DNA of 53,137 nucleotides from assembly GCA_046725655.1 (NCBI GenBank), contig JBKOYZ010000115.1:1-53137 (forward strand), given 5' to 3'. Shown piece by piece: positions 1 through 12,233 of this stretch. The notes beneath the pieces are model-generated. The model had not been told where the DNA came from and ran no database searches. It was given only the letters and a program-made list of their open reading frames with translations. Source of the stretch: Actinomycetota bacterium (GTDB lineage Bacteria; Actinomycetota; Thermoleophilia; Gaiellales; Gaiellaceae). Every line of letters starts with the position of its first letter. Position 1 is the first letter of the stretch. Both the position numbers and the translations under genes were made by a program.

Positions 1-2
1 TG

Positions 3-875
3 CAGGTCGACCGGAACGACGACGCGGCCCTGCGCGAGGCGCTCGGGGGCAACGTCGACGTGCTCGTCGATTTCGTCGCCTTCGAACCGCAGCACGCCGA
101 CCAGCTGCTCGCGCTGCGCGACCGAGTCCGGTCGCTCGTCGTCCTCTCCAGCGCTGCCGTGTACGTGGACGGCCAGGGCCGCGGCTTCGAGCCGCCGGAC
201 GAGTTGCCGCAGCTTCCCGTGCCCGTCGGCGAGCGCCAGCCAACGGCGAAGCCCGGGCCGGCGAGCTACGCGACGAGGAAGGCCGCAATCGAGCAGACCC
301 TCCTCGGGCAGCGAGACGTGCCGGTGACCGTCGTCCGGCCCGGCACGATCTACGGGCCGCACAGCGTCCTCCCGCGCGAGTGGTTCTTCGTCAAGCGCGT
401 GCTCGACGGGCGTCCGCTCGTCGTTCTCGGCGACCGTGGGCGGAGCCGGTTTCAGCCCGTGTCGGTCCACAACCTCGCGGAGCTGATCTGGCTGGCCGCC
501 GAGCGGCCCGGTCGGAGGGCGCTCAACGGTGCCGATCCGGAGGCGCCGACCGTCCTCGAGATCTCACGCGCCGTTGCCGCGGAGCTCGGCCACGAATGGA
601 CCGAGATCCTGGTCGAGGGGACGCCGGGCGTCGGCGAGACCCCGTGGTCCCTGCCGCACCCGTTCGTCCTCGACATGACCGAGGCGGGGTTCGAGGTCGG
701 CTACAGACCGGTCACGCACTACCGCAAGGCGCTACCGGAGGCGGTCGAGTGGCTGGTCGGAGAGACGAAGGCGCGGCCGTGGCAAGAAGTCCTGCCCCGC
801 GCGGCCGAGTTGATGAAGGACGACTTCGACTACTCGGCGGAGGACGATTTCGTCCGCGGGCTCGCGGCCGGTTGA
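3..875 (+). CDS. NAD-dependent epimerase/dehydratase (extended SDR) family protein, 5' end outside window
   Basis: Frame is open from the window edge (QVDRNDDAALREALGGNVD precedes the GTG at 60) to TGA 873-875. Family call rests on general sequence resemblance only. Confidence 0.5.
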   Translation, partial: QVDRNDDAALREALGGNVDVLVDFVAFEPQHADQLLALRDRVRSLVVLSSAAVYVDGQGRGFEPPDELPQLPVPVGERQPTAKPGPASYATRKAAIEQTLLGQRDVPVTVVRPGTIYGPHSVLPREWFFVKRVLDGRPLVVLGDRGRSRFQPVSVHNLAELIWLAAERPGRRALNGADPEAPTVLEISRAVAAELGHEWTEILVEGTPGVGETPWSLPHPFVLDMTEAGFEVGYRPVTHYRKALPEAVEWLVGETKARPWQEVLPRAAELMKDDFDYSAEDDFVRGLAAG

Positions 876-978
876 ACCTGCCCGCGGACCCGGCGGAATT
901 CCTGCAAACATGCGCTAACGGACCCCTTACAATCCCCTCATCGAGAACACACCTGCGGCATCGATACTGCACACGGCG

Positions 979-1491
979 ATGAGGCGTCTCGTCGTATTCA
1001 CGCTACTTACTGTCGCGCTGGCGGTGCCCGCGGCCGGCTTGGCCGGCCCCACCGGAATCGACGACGGCACGCTGTCGGTACGCAACGGCTACGGCAAGGT
1101 GGGGCTCGCCGGCAGGAACGGGCTGCAGTTCGACGGGTCGGTCGTCGGTCGGATCGCGCTGCACGGGAGCGTTCGCGTGATCGATCCCTTCGTTAACTCG
1201 GGGGAGGGACTGCAGGTCTGGGGGTATGACGAGCGCTTCGACAGCGGTCCGCTGACGGTGTACACGGGAGACGGTCTCCGCTTCCGCGCTTCCGGCGGCT
1301 CGTACAAACTCTCCGTCAAGGGAATTGGGGTGAGCCTGTCCGCGGTCGGTTACGGCACGGTGACGCTCGACGGCGCCGGCAACAACCCCGATATCGGCTT
1401 CGACGGCAGGTTCTCGATCAATGACGCGCCTTACAGGTCGCTGCCGGACTACGCCCGCGCGTTCGACATCGCGGCGCCGGCTGGGCAGTGA
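979..1491 (+). CDS. secreted hypothetical protein
   Basis: N-terminal signal-like segment MRRLVVFTLLTVALAVPAAGLAG; Gly/Val/Ser-rich mature part; no family recognised. Confidence 0.55.
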   Translation: MRRLVVFTLLTVALAVPAAGLAGPTGIDDGTLSVRNGYGKVGLAGRNGLQFDGSVVGRIALHGSVRVIDPFVNSGEGLQVWGYDERFDSGPLTVYTGDGLRFRASGGSYKLSVKGIGVSLSAVGYGTVTLDGAGNNPDIGFDGRFSINDAPYRSLPDYARAFDIAAPAGQ

Positions 1492-1509
1492 CGCGGGCAA
1501 ACTGAGGCC

Positions 1510-2217
1510 GTGGCAACGTCATCGGCCCCGGGGGTTCTGGTCGTCGAGGACGAATCCTCGATTGCCTCGTTCATCTCGCTGTACCTGAAGAACGCCGGCT
1601 ACGGGGTCAGGGCTGTGGGCACGGGCGCGGATGCGCTCGCGCAGGTCGAGGCCGAGCAGCCCGCGCTGATCGTGCTCGATCTGATGCTTCCCGACATCGA
1701 CGGGATCGAGGTCTGCAGGCGGATCCGCCAGCGGCGCGACGTCCCGATCCTGATGCTTACGGCGCGCGACGAGGACATCGACAAGATCATCGGCCTCGAG
1801 GTCGGGGCCGACGACTACATGACGAAGCCGTTCAACCCGCGGGAATTGGTGGCGCGCGTCAAATCGATTCTTCGTCGATCCGCTCCCGCCGCCCGCGACA
1901 TGGAGTCCGCGCAGATCCACCACGGCGACCTCAGCATCGACGCCGGCCGTCGGGAGGTTCACGTCGGCGACGAGGAGATCCAGCTCGCGCCTAAGGAATT
2001 CGACCTGCTCTGGGAGTTGCTCGATCACCGGGGCCTCGTTCTCACACGGGATCAGCTGCTCGAGCGGGTCTGGGGGTACACGTTCGCCGGCGACACGCGC
2101 ACCGTCGACGTCCATGTCCGGCAGCTGCGACGAAAGCTCGGCGATGCGTCGCCGATCGTCACCGTCTGGGGGGTCGGGTACAAGGTCGCGCCTGCGCGGG
2201 ACTCGGTGAGCGCCTAG
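1510..2217 (+). CDS. OmpR-family response regulator (canonical receiver plus winged helix)
   Basis: Receiver motifs VLVVEDE, LIVLDLMLPDIDG, LTA, TKPF. C-terminal VWGYTFAGDTRTVDVHVRQLRRKL winged helix. GTG start. Confidence 0.9.
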   Translation: MATSSAPGVLVVEDESSIASFISLYLKNAGYGVRAVGTGADALAQVEAEQPALIVLDLMLPDIDGIEVCRRIRQRRDVPILMLTARDEDIDKIIGLEVGADDYMTKPFNPRELVARVKSILRRSAPAARDMESAQIHHGDLSIDAGRREVHVGDEEIQLAPKEFDLLWELLDHRGLVLTRDQLLERVWGYTFAGDTRTVDVHVRQLRRKLGDASPIVTVWGVGYKVAPARDSVSA

Positions 2218-2234
2218 CGAAGTAGCAGACGGCG

Positions 2235-3629
2235 ATGTTTCGCTCGCTCCGGTTCCGTCTGCCAGCGCTGTTCCTCGCGGCGATCGTCCTCGCAGGGCTC
2301 GTCTCGACTGCCGTAGCCTTCAGCGTCTCGAGGGGATACGCGCAAAACAACGCACGCAAGCAAGCATTTCGGGAGCTCGGGCGGGAGGCGTTTGGGCTCA
2401 CAGAGATCTACAGGACGCGCGCCTCCGATCCGACGCTCAAGCCGTCCGTTCTCGAACTGGCGACCGGCGACCGGATCTTCTACGCGCCGCGCGCGCGAGG
2501 GATCGACCCGTTCATCGACGTCCCCGCGTATACGCGGGTCCCGCCGAGCACGGTCGACATGCGCGCGATCCTGCGCGGGCGAGTGCTCCAGTTCGAGTTC
2601 ACCCCGCCGGACGACAAGCGGCGCTTTCTGGCGGTGGCGCGGTCGTACGGGCTCGGACGCGGAGAGAACATCTTCGGCGCGCTGATCGTCGCCAAACCGA
2701 AAGCGCGAGTCGACCAGGGCCTGATGCCGCTCGTCTGGCGGCTGCTGCCTGCCTTCTTCGCCGGGGTCCTCGTGGCCGGGCTGCTCGGCTGGTACCTGTC
2801 GCGCCGGATCACGCAGCCGGTGCTCGAGCTCTCGGATGCGGCGGACGAGGTCGCCGCGGGCCACTACACCGTCGTGGTGCCGGAGGTTCCGGGCGGCGGC
2901 GAGATCAGCCACCTTGCCGACCGGTTCCGCGACATGGCGGCGCAGCTCCAGGAAGCCGACCAGATGGAGCGCAATTTCCTGATGACGGTCTCGCACGAGC
3001 TGCGCACGCCGCTGACGGCAATCCGTGGGCACGTCGAGGCGCTCCTCGAGGGCGTCGTCGAGGACGAGGAGGCACGGACGAGCTCGCTCGACGTGATCAG
3101 CCACGAGGCCGAGCGGCTCGAGCGCCTGGTCGGCGACGTGCTCGACCTCGCGAAGCTCGACACGCGGAGATTCCAGCTGCTGCGCGAGGAGGTCGACATG
3201 GAGCGCCTCGTCGACAGGGCGTACTCGACCTTCGGCGAGGAGGCGCGACGGCGGGGGATCCGCTACGAGCGTTCGGTCGGCGCGAAGCCGGTCATCGAGA
3301 CCGACGGCGACCGCGTCCTTCAGGTGATCACGAACCTGCTCTCGAACGCCTTCCGCTGGACCCCCGACGGCGGTCACGTCGACCTCATGCTCACGCAGGT
3401 GGACGGCACCATCCGCGTCGCCGTCGCAGACGACGGGCCCGGCATCGCCGATTACGAGCGCGAGCGGATCTTTCGGCCGTTCTGGTCGCGCGACGGCAGC
3501 GGGACGGGGCTCGGGCTCGCGATCGCGCACGAGCTCGCGGCGGCGCTCGGCGGGACTATCGAACTGGACTCTGCGCCCGGGCACGGCAGCCGGTTCGAAC
3601 TCGTGCTGCCGACGAGGCGGGCGCTCTAG
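2235..3629 (+). CDS. sensor histidine kinase (TM-HAMP-HisKA-HATPase)
   Basis: Two hydrophobic segments; H-box MTVSHELRTPLTAI; N-box NLLSNAFRW; G-boxes DDGPGI and GTGLGLAI. Lies 18 nt downstream of the regulator. Confidence 0.9.
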   Translation: MFRSLRFRLPALFLAAIVLAGLVSTAVAFSVSRGYAQNNARKQAFRELGREAFGLTEIYRTRASDPTLKPSVLELATGDRIFYAPRARGIDPFIDVPAYTRVPPSTVDMRAILRGRVLQFEFTPPDDKRRFLAVARSYGLGRGENIFGALIVAKPKARVDQGLMPLVWRLLPAFFAGVLVAGLLGWYLSRRITQPVLELSDAADEVAAGHYTVVVPEVPGGGEISHLADRFRDMAAQLQEADQMERNFLMTVSHELRTPLTAIRGHVEALLEGVVEDEEARTSSLDVISHEAERLERLVGDVLDLAKLDTRRFQLLREEVDMERLVDRAYSTFGEEARRRGIRYERSVGAKPVIETDGDRVLQVITNLLSNAFRWTPDGGHVDLMLTQVDGTIRVAVADDGPGIADYERERIFRPFWSRDGSGTGLGLAIAHELAAALGGTIELDSAPGHGSRFELVLPTRRAL

Positions 3630-4096
3630 GGCCGGACGCTAGGCGCCGGAGCGGCGTTCTTCGAGCCGTGGACAACGGCGTCCTCGTGGGCGCCGAGCGC
3701 CCGTTCGAGCCGGGCGAGCCGTTCGTCGACCCCCGTCCAGCCGGACGTGATCAGGTCGACCAGGAGCCCCAGGTCGTCGACGCGCGCGTGTCGCTCGGCG
3801 AGCGAGTCGCCTTCGAGCCGCTCGAGTCGGCGGACGAGCTGGGCGGAGAGCCCGCGAACCTCGGCGAGGTGGCGCGCGACGGGAAGCACCTGCTCGCGCA
3901 TGCCTTCGCGCACCGCGTCGCCGACCCGGTTCGGCAGGGTCGCCTCGAGGCTAGCCGCCGTCTCGGCAAGCGCTTCGACCTGGTGACGCGCGCGCTCGAG
4001 CGCGGCGTCGACGGCGGCCGCCTGGGTGCGCGCCTCGGCCGCCTGCCTCAGCCGCTCGTTGGCCCGCTCGATCGCAGCTGGGTTCACGGTCGGCAA
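3626..4096 (-). CDS. hypothetical coiled-coil protein
   Basis: 156-aa ORF, Ala/Glu/Arg/Leu-rich heptad-like sequence. Its stop overlaps the kinase stop in CTAG. No family recognised. Confidence 0.45.
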   Translation of the reverse strand: MPTVNPAAIERANERLRQAAEARTQAAAVDAALERARHQVEALAETAASLEATLPNRVGDAVREGMREQVLPVARHLAEVRGLSAQLVRRLERLEGDSLAERHARVDDLGLLVDLITSGWTGVDERLARLERALGAHEDAVVHGSKNAAPAPSVRP

Positions 4097-4114
4097 CGCT
4101 AGCGTTCGGGTCGG

Positions 4115-6580
<2,466 letters not shown>

Positions 6581-6598
6581 CCTTCGAGCCCAGCGCGG

Positions 6599-9361
6599 AT
6601 GACAAATCGCCGCTCGCACCTGATCCTCGTCGGCCTGCTTCTCGCCGCTTTGGCGGGAGTGGCGGCGCTCGCCATCCCGGGCTCGCCGGTGCACAAGAAG
6701 CTGAACCTCGGGCTCGACCTCCAGGGCGGGCTCGAGGTCGTCTACAAGGCGCACCCGCCGAAGGGCGAGAAGGTGACCTCGCAGGGGATGGACCTCTCGG
6801 TCAACCGGATGCGCGACCGCGTCGACAAGCTGGGCGTGTCGGAGCCGGAGATCCGCAAGCAGGGCTCGGACCAGATCGTCATCGAGCTTCCGGGCGTGCA
6901 CGACCCGGGCCGCGCGGCGCAGATCATCGGCACGACGGCCCAGCTCGAGCTCTACGACCTCGAGACCTCGCTCGTGTCGCCCTACTCCGTGTCGGTGACC
7001 GGGACGCCGCAGGCGACCACCGACCTCTACTCGCTGCTGAAGCGCGTGCAGCCACAGGCGGAGAAGGGCACGCCGTCGGCCTTCTACGCGTTCGGGAAGA
7101 CGAAGTCGAAGCCGGTGGGGCCCGCCGACACGAAGGCCGAGGCGCTGAAGCTGGCGCAGGACCAGAAGTTGAAGGAGCCGATCACGGTCCTCGCCGTCCC
7201 CGAGAACATGATCGTGCTCACCTGCGGCCCGAACGAGGTCGTCTGCCCGGGGGACGGCGGCCAGGGAGGCGGGAACACGATCGCTCCGCCCGCCCCGGGG
7301 ACGAGCTACTACTACCTCTTCAAGCACGACAAGGAAGCCGAGGGCATCCCCGGCGTCAAGGGGATCCCGCAGATGACCGGCTCCGACCTGAAGCTCTCCG
7401 GGACGCGCCAGGACTTCGACCCGAGCACGAACGAGCCGGTCGTCCTGATGCAGTTCACGGGCTCCGGCTCCGACAAGTTCCGCCGCGTCACTTCCGAGGA
7501 GTACAACCGCGGCAGGAACCGCAACGAGCCGCAGCACTTCGCGATCGTGCTCGACCGCGAGATCCGCTCGTTCCCGCAGATCGACTACACGAAGTCCGAC
7601 CTCGCGGGCGGCATCAGCGGCAATGCCGAGATCAGCGGCATCAAGTCCCTCAGGGAGGCCAAGGATCTCGCTCTCGTGCTCCAGACCGGCGCGCTTCCCT
7701 ACAGCTTCCAGCAGATCGAACGGACGGACGTCTCCGCCACGCTCGGGAAGGACTCGCTCAAGGAAGCCGAGCGGGCAGCCCTGGTCGGCTTGCTCGTCGT
7801 CGCGCTGTTCCTGCTCGTCCTCTACCGCTTCCTGGGGCTCGTGGCGGTGGTCGGCCTCGGGATCTACGCAGCCCTCCTCTACGCGGCGATCCTGCTCTTC
7901 AACGTCACGCTTACGCTCCCGGGCTTCGCCGGCCTGATCCTGACCATCGGCGTCGCGGCCGATGCGAACGTTGTCGTCTTCGAACGGATCAAGGAAGAAG
8001 TGCGCGCCGGGAAATCCGTGCGCGCGGCGATCGCCGCGGGCTACGCCAAGGGCTTCCACACGATCATCGACGCGAACGTCGTCACCCTGATCACGGCGCT
8101 GGTGCTCTTCGCGGTCGCGACCTCGGGCGTGAAGGGGTTCGCGCTGATGCTGATCATCGGGACGGTCATCTCGCTGATCACCGCGGTCGCGGCGACGCGC
8201 GCGATGCTCGGCCTGCTCTCGGGTTTCTCGTGGTTCGACAACCCGAGCTTCATGGGCGCCTCGCCCCAGCAGCATGGCCGCTGGCTGCAGATCGACTTCA
8301 TGCGCCGCCGCTACCTCTGGTTCGCGATCTCGGGTGCGGTCGTCGCGATCGCGATCGCCGCACTGGGAATCCGCGGCCTCAACCTCGGCATCGACTTCAA
8401 GGGCGGGACGCAGGTCACGTTCAAGACGCCGCAGCCGGTCTCGTTGTCGGACGTCCGCAACCAGGCGAAGCTGATCGGCCAGGGCGACGCGGTCATCCAG
8501 GGCCGCGGCAAGACATTCGGCAGCGACAAGTACGAGAGCTTCCAGATGCGCATGAAGTCGCTCACGGAAGCCAACACGACCAAGCTCGGCGACGACCTGA
8601 AGGGGAAGTACGGCCAGAACCTCTCGTTAAGCGTCAAGAACGTCTCCGCGAGCTTCGGCAGACAGATCGCGCGAGGGGCGATCATCGCGATCATCGTCTC
8701 GCTGCTCCTGATCGTGCTCTACATCGCGATCAGGTTCGACTTCAAGTTCGCGCTGCCGGTGATCGTGGCCTTAGCGCACGACATCGTGATCACCGTGGGC
8801 GTCTACGCCTTGACCGGGAGAGAGGTCTCGAACGCAACCGTCGCGGCGGTTTTGACCGTGCTCGGCTACTCGATCTACGACACGATCATCATCTTCGACC
8901 GCATCCGCGAGAACATCCCGCTCATGCGGCGCTCGTCGTTCGCGACGATCGCCAACGTCTCCCTCTGGGAGACGATCCGCCGCTCACTGGCGACGACGCT
9001 CATCACGCTGCTGCCCGTTCTCTCGCTGCTCCTCTTCGGCGGCGCGACGCTCAAGGACTTCGCCTTTGCGCTCCTGGTCGGGATCGCCTCGGGCGCCTAC
9101 TCGTCGATCTTCATCGCCGCCCCACTGCTGACGATGTGGAAAGAGCGCGAGCCGGAGTTCGCGCGGCGGAAGGACGTCGTCGAGCCGGCAGGCGACGGCC
9201 GCGCCGCGGAGGCGGTGCTCGTCCAGGCCGAGGAGGCCGCGGCGGCCGAGCCGACGCCGGAGCTCTCCCCGGTCACCGCGATCGAGAACGCCGCCGCACA
9301 GGCGAAGCGGGAGCGCCGCCGCCAGCGCCGCCGCGCGCGACCGCATGGCCGAGCGCGGTAG
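6599..9361 (+). CDS. secDF: fused protein-export membrane protein SecDF
   Basis: 920 aa. SecD-like N-terminal TM plus large periplasmic domain plus 5 TM, then a second SecF-like TM/loop/5-TM module (GIDFKGGT), in one ORF. Confidence 0.9.
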   Translation: MTNRRSHLILVGLLLAALAGVAALAIPGSPVHKKLNLGLDLQGGLEVVYKAHPPKGEKVTSQGMDLSVNRMRDRVDKLGVSEPEIRKQGSDQIVIELPGVHDPGRAAQIIGTTAQLELYDLETSLVSPYSVSVTGTPQATTDLYSLLKRVQPQAEKGTPSAFYAFGKTKSKPVGPADTKAEALKLAQDQKLKEPITVLAVPENMIVLTCGPNEVVCPGDGGQGGGNTIAPPAPGTSYYYLFKHDKEAEGIPGVKGIPQMTGSDLKLSGTRQDFDPSTNEPVVLMQFTGSGSDKFRRVTSEEYNRGRNRNEPQHFAIVLDREIRSFPQIDYTKSDLAGGISGNAEISGIKSLREAKDLALVLQTGALPYSFQQIERTDVSATLGKDSLKEAERAALVGLLVVALFLLVLYRFLGLVAVVGLGIYAALLYAAILLFNVTLTLPGFAGLILTIGVAADANVVVFERIKEEVRAGKSVRAAIAAGYAKGFHTIIDANVVTLITALVLFAVATSGVKGFALMLIIGTVISLITAVAATRAMLGLLSGFSWFDNPSFMGASPQQHGRWLQIDFMRRRYLWFAISGAVVAIAIAALGIRGLNLGIDFKGGTQVTFKTPQPVSLSDVRNQAKLIGQGDAVIQGRGKTFGSDKYESFQMRMKSLTEANTTKLGDDLKGKYGQNLSLSVKNVSASFGRQIARGAIIAIIVSLLLIVLYIAIRFDFKFALPVIVALAHDIVITVGVYALTGREVSNATVAAVLTVLGYSIYDTIIIFDRIRENIPLMRRSSFATIANVSLWETIRRSLATTLITLLPVLSLLLFGGATLKDFAFALLVGIASGAYSSIFIAAPLLTMWKEREPEFARRKDVVEPAGDGRAAEAVLVQAEEAAAAEPTPELSPVTAIENAAAQAKRERRRQRRRARPHGRAR

Positions 9362-9662
9362 TAGCGGCCGCCCCGGCGAAGCCGACACGGCCTCTTCTGG
9401 TCGGCGTCGCGAGCGAGCGCCTCAGAACCTCGCGGGCGCCGTCCAGCGGGTCGGGCGGGACGAGCTCCAGGGGGTCGCCGACGACCTCCGCGCTCTCTGG
9501 CGTGGCGACGCCTCGGTCGCCGAACGCACCGCGGCGCGACTCGCCGGCCTCCTCCGCGAGCTCGGGCTCGTGACCCGCGACGAGCTGGAGGAGATGCAGC
9601 TGCGGATCGCCCAGCTGGAGCACCGGCTGCGGCTGCTCGAGGACGGACGACCGCCCTCGTGA
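9345..9662 (+). CDS. small coiled-coil protein, UbiK/BMFP-like C-terminus
   Basis: LGLVTRDELEEMQLRIAQLEHRLRLLE resembles the LxLVSREEFD...LE segment of UbiK/YqiC-type proteins. Overlaps the secDF end; its stop overlaps the plsC GTG. Exact start uncertain. Confidence 0.4.
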   Translation: MAERGSSGRPGEADTASSGRRRERAPQNLAGAVQRVGRDELQGVADDLRALWRGDASVAERTAARLAGLLRELGLVTRDELEEMQLRIAQLEHRLRLLEDGRPPS

Positions 9663-10435
9663 CCCAGCCGCTGACGCGGCTCGGCGTTCCGAAGCTCTGG
9701 GGTGAGGATTCAGAGCGGCTCTACCCGTATGCGCGGCGCGTCGTCCACCCGATCACGCTGTGGCTCGCACCCGCCGCCGCATACGGCGTCGAGCGCATCC
9801 CGCCGGAGGGGACAGGCGCGGTTCTCGCCGCGAATCACTTCTCCGGAATCGACCACCCGCTGATCGGGACCTTCTGTCCGCGGGACATCCACTTCCTGGC
9901 GAAGGCGGAGCTGTTCGAGATCCCGTTCGTCGGCGACATCGTGCAGTGGATCGGCTCGATTCCGATCCGCCGCGGCGAGGGCGACAGGGACGCGCTCCGC
10001 CGCTCGCGCGAGGTCGTCCGCGACGGCGGCATCGTCTGCGTGCACATCGAGGGAACGAGACAGCGGCTCGGCTACCCGGGCCCGATCCACACCGGCGGGC
10101 TGATGATCGCGATGCAGGAAGGCGCCCCGGTCGTCCCGTGCGGCGTCGACACATTCCGCTGGTCGCCGACGAATCGGCGTCTCTGCGCGCTCGTGTTCGG
10201 CGAGCCGCTCGACCTCACACACTTGCCGCGGAACCGCAGCGGGTACGACGAGGCCGCCCACATCCTGAGAGACGAGATGGTGCGATTGTGGCGGCAGGCC
10301 GTGGAGGCGGCCGCCGCGGGGCTGCCTGCGCGGCTGCCGGACGGGACGAGGCGCAGCGGTCCCTTCCTGACCGAACGACGGGCTCAGCCCGCCCCGGCGG
10401 CGGACACGGGCTCGCAGGAACGCGTGTCAGACTGA
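9659..10435 (+). CDS. plsC: 1-acyl-sn-glycerol-3-phosphate acyltransferase family protein
   Basis: HX4D motif NHFSGIDHP, FxxK (FLAKAELF) and EGTR (VHIEGTRQ). Confidence 0.8.
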   Translation: MTQPLTRLGVPKLWGEDSERLYPYARRVVHPITLWLAPAAAYGVERIPPEGTGAVLAANHFSGIDHPLIGTFCPRDIHFLAKAELFEIPFVGDIVQWIGSIPIRRGEGDRDALRRSREVVRDGGIVCVHIEGTRQRLGYPGPIHTGGLMIAMQEGAPVVPCGVDTFRWSPTNRRLCALVFGEPLDLTHLPRNRSGYDEAAHILRDEMVRLWRQAVEAAAAGLPARLPDGTRRSGPFLTERRAQPAPAADTGSQERVSD

Positions 10436-10439
10436 CCGG

Positions 10440-12116
10440 ATGGCCCGCCCGGCCACGCGCAACATCGGCCGCCTCTCGGAGATCGCGCAAGTGGCGGTCA
10501 AGCACGGCTTCGGCTACTTCTTCGAGCGCCACCGGCTGACCGACCTGTTGCCGTGGACGAGCCGGGACGGCGCCGCGGCGGCCGAGGCGGTGTCACCGTC
10601 CGAGCGCGGACGCCATCTGCGGGAGATGCTCGACGAGCTCGGGCCGACCTTCGTCAAGTTCGGACAGCTGCTTTCGACGCGGCCCGACGTCGTGCCGCCG
10701 GACATCGTGATCGAGCTTCAGAAGCTCCAGGACGAGGTGCGACCCGTTCCGTTCGAGGACGTCGAGCGCGTCGTGCGCGAGGAGCTCGGCCTCTCGGTCG
10801 AGCAGGCGTTCCTCGAGTTCGACGAGCGGCCGACGGCGGCAGCGTCCATCGGCCAGGTCCACCACGCGACGCTGCCGAACGGCGAGCGAGTCGCGGTCAA
10901 AGTCCAGCGCCCGAACGCGCCTCGACAGATCGAGGCCGACCTCGCCCTCCTCTACCAGGCAGCCCGTCTGGCCAAGGAGCGCGTTCGCGCGCTCGACTTC
11001 ATCGACGCCGAGCAGCTCGTCGACGAGTTCGCCCGCTCAATCCGGGCCGAGCTCGACTACCGAGCCGAGGCGAGGAACGCCGAGGGCTTTCGCCGCAACT
11101 TCGCCGGCGTGTCGGCGGTGAAGATCCCGCGCGTCTTCTGGAGCTACACACGCCAGCGCCTCCTCGTCCTCGAGCTGCTCGATGGGACGCAGCTCGCCGA
11201 TCTCGACTTCGTCTCGATGACCGAGGAGGAGCGCCGCACGATCGCGTATCGCGTCGCCGAGGCCTGGATGACGATGATCTTCCGGCACGGGTTCTTCCAC
11301 GGCGATCCGCATCCCGCGAACGTGTTCCTGATGGACGGCGGCGAAACGGTCGGCCTCGTCGACTTCGGCCAGGTCGGCAAGCTGACCGAGGACGACATGT
11401 CGAAACTGACGCGGCTCTTCATCGACGCCGCGAGCGAGCGGGTCGATGCGCTGCCGCGCGACCTCGCCGACCTCGGGGTCCGTTACCCGCGCGAGCGCGA
11501 GGACGAGTTCGCCTCCGAGCTGCAAGACTTCTACTACCGCTACTACGGCGTCACGCTCGCGGAGATCGACCCGCTGCAGGTGATCCGCGAGGCGTTCGAC
11601 CTGATCTATTCGCTGAACCTGCGGCTGCCGACGCGCTTCGTCCTGCTGGACAAGGCCATCGCAACTCTCGCTTCGGTCGGCATCGAGCTCTATCCGGACT
11701 TCAACGTCTTCGAGGTCGCGAAGCCGTACGCGCAAGGACTGATGCTCGAGCGCTTCTCGCCGGGACGGGTTCTCTCGCGGGCGCAGAAGCAATCGACGGA
11801 TCTCGCCCGCGTCGTGACGACCATGCCGTTTCAGGTGCACGACTTCCTCGAGGAGATCCGCGATGGCCAGATCGAGGTCGGGTTCGTGCACAAGGGGCTC
11901 GACGAGTTCATGCACAAGGTAGACGTTGCGTTCAACCGCCTGGTCGTCGCCCTCATCGTCGTCGGCGGGCTGATCGGGTCGAGCCTGATCGGGATCTTCG
12001 CGAAGCACGGGCCGTTCGTCTGGGGGGTCAACTTCCTCTCGTTCATCGGCTTCCTGCTCTCCGGCGCGCTCGGCGTCTGGCTGCTCTGGGGCGTCATCCG
12101 CTCGGGGCGCCTCTGA
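10440..12116 (+). CDS. ABC1/UbiB-family atypical protein kinase with C-terminal TM segments
   Basis: FVKFGQLLSTRPD, AAASIGQVHHA, VAVKVQRP, HGDPHPANV, VDFGQVG; two hydrophobic helices at the C-terminus. Confidence 0.85.
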   Translation: MARPATRNIGRLSEIAQVAVKHGFGYFFERHRLTDLLPWTSRDGAAAAEAVSPSERGRHLREMLDELGPTFVKFGQLLSTRPDVVPPDIVIELQKLQDEVRPVPFEDVERVVREELGLSVEQAFLEFDERPTAAASIGQVHHATLPNGERVAVKVQRPNAPRQIEADLALLYQAARLAKERVRALDFIDAEQLVDEFARSIRAELDYRAEARNAEGFRRNFAGVSAVKIPRVFWSYTRQRLLVLELLDGTQLADLDFVSMTEEERRTIAYRVAEAWMTMIFRHGFFHGDPHPANVFLMDGGETVGLVDFGQVGKLTEDDMSKLTRLFIDAASERVDALPRDLADLGVRYPREREDEFASELQDFYYRYYGVTLAEIDPLQVIREAFDLIYSLNLRLPTRFVLLDKAIATLASVGIELYPDFNVFEVAKPYAQGLMLERFSPGRVLSRAQKQSTDLARVVTTMPFQVHDFLEEIRDGQIEVGFVHKGLDEFMHKVDVAFNRLVVALIVVGGLIGSSLIGIFAKHGPFVWGVNFLSFIGFLLSGALGVWLLWGVIRSGRL

Positions 12117-12233
12117 CGCCACCCGGCGCCCCGGCTGCTCCGGCCGGGTGTGGAGCGAGCTGTCGATCGTTCGTCGCACTTTCGCGGCAAAGGACATCTA
12201 GTCGGCTGGCGAAGGCGGCGCTAGCTTCGGGTC

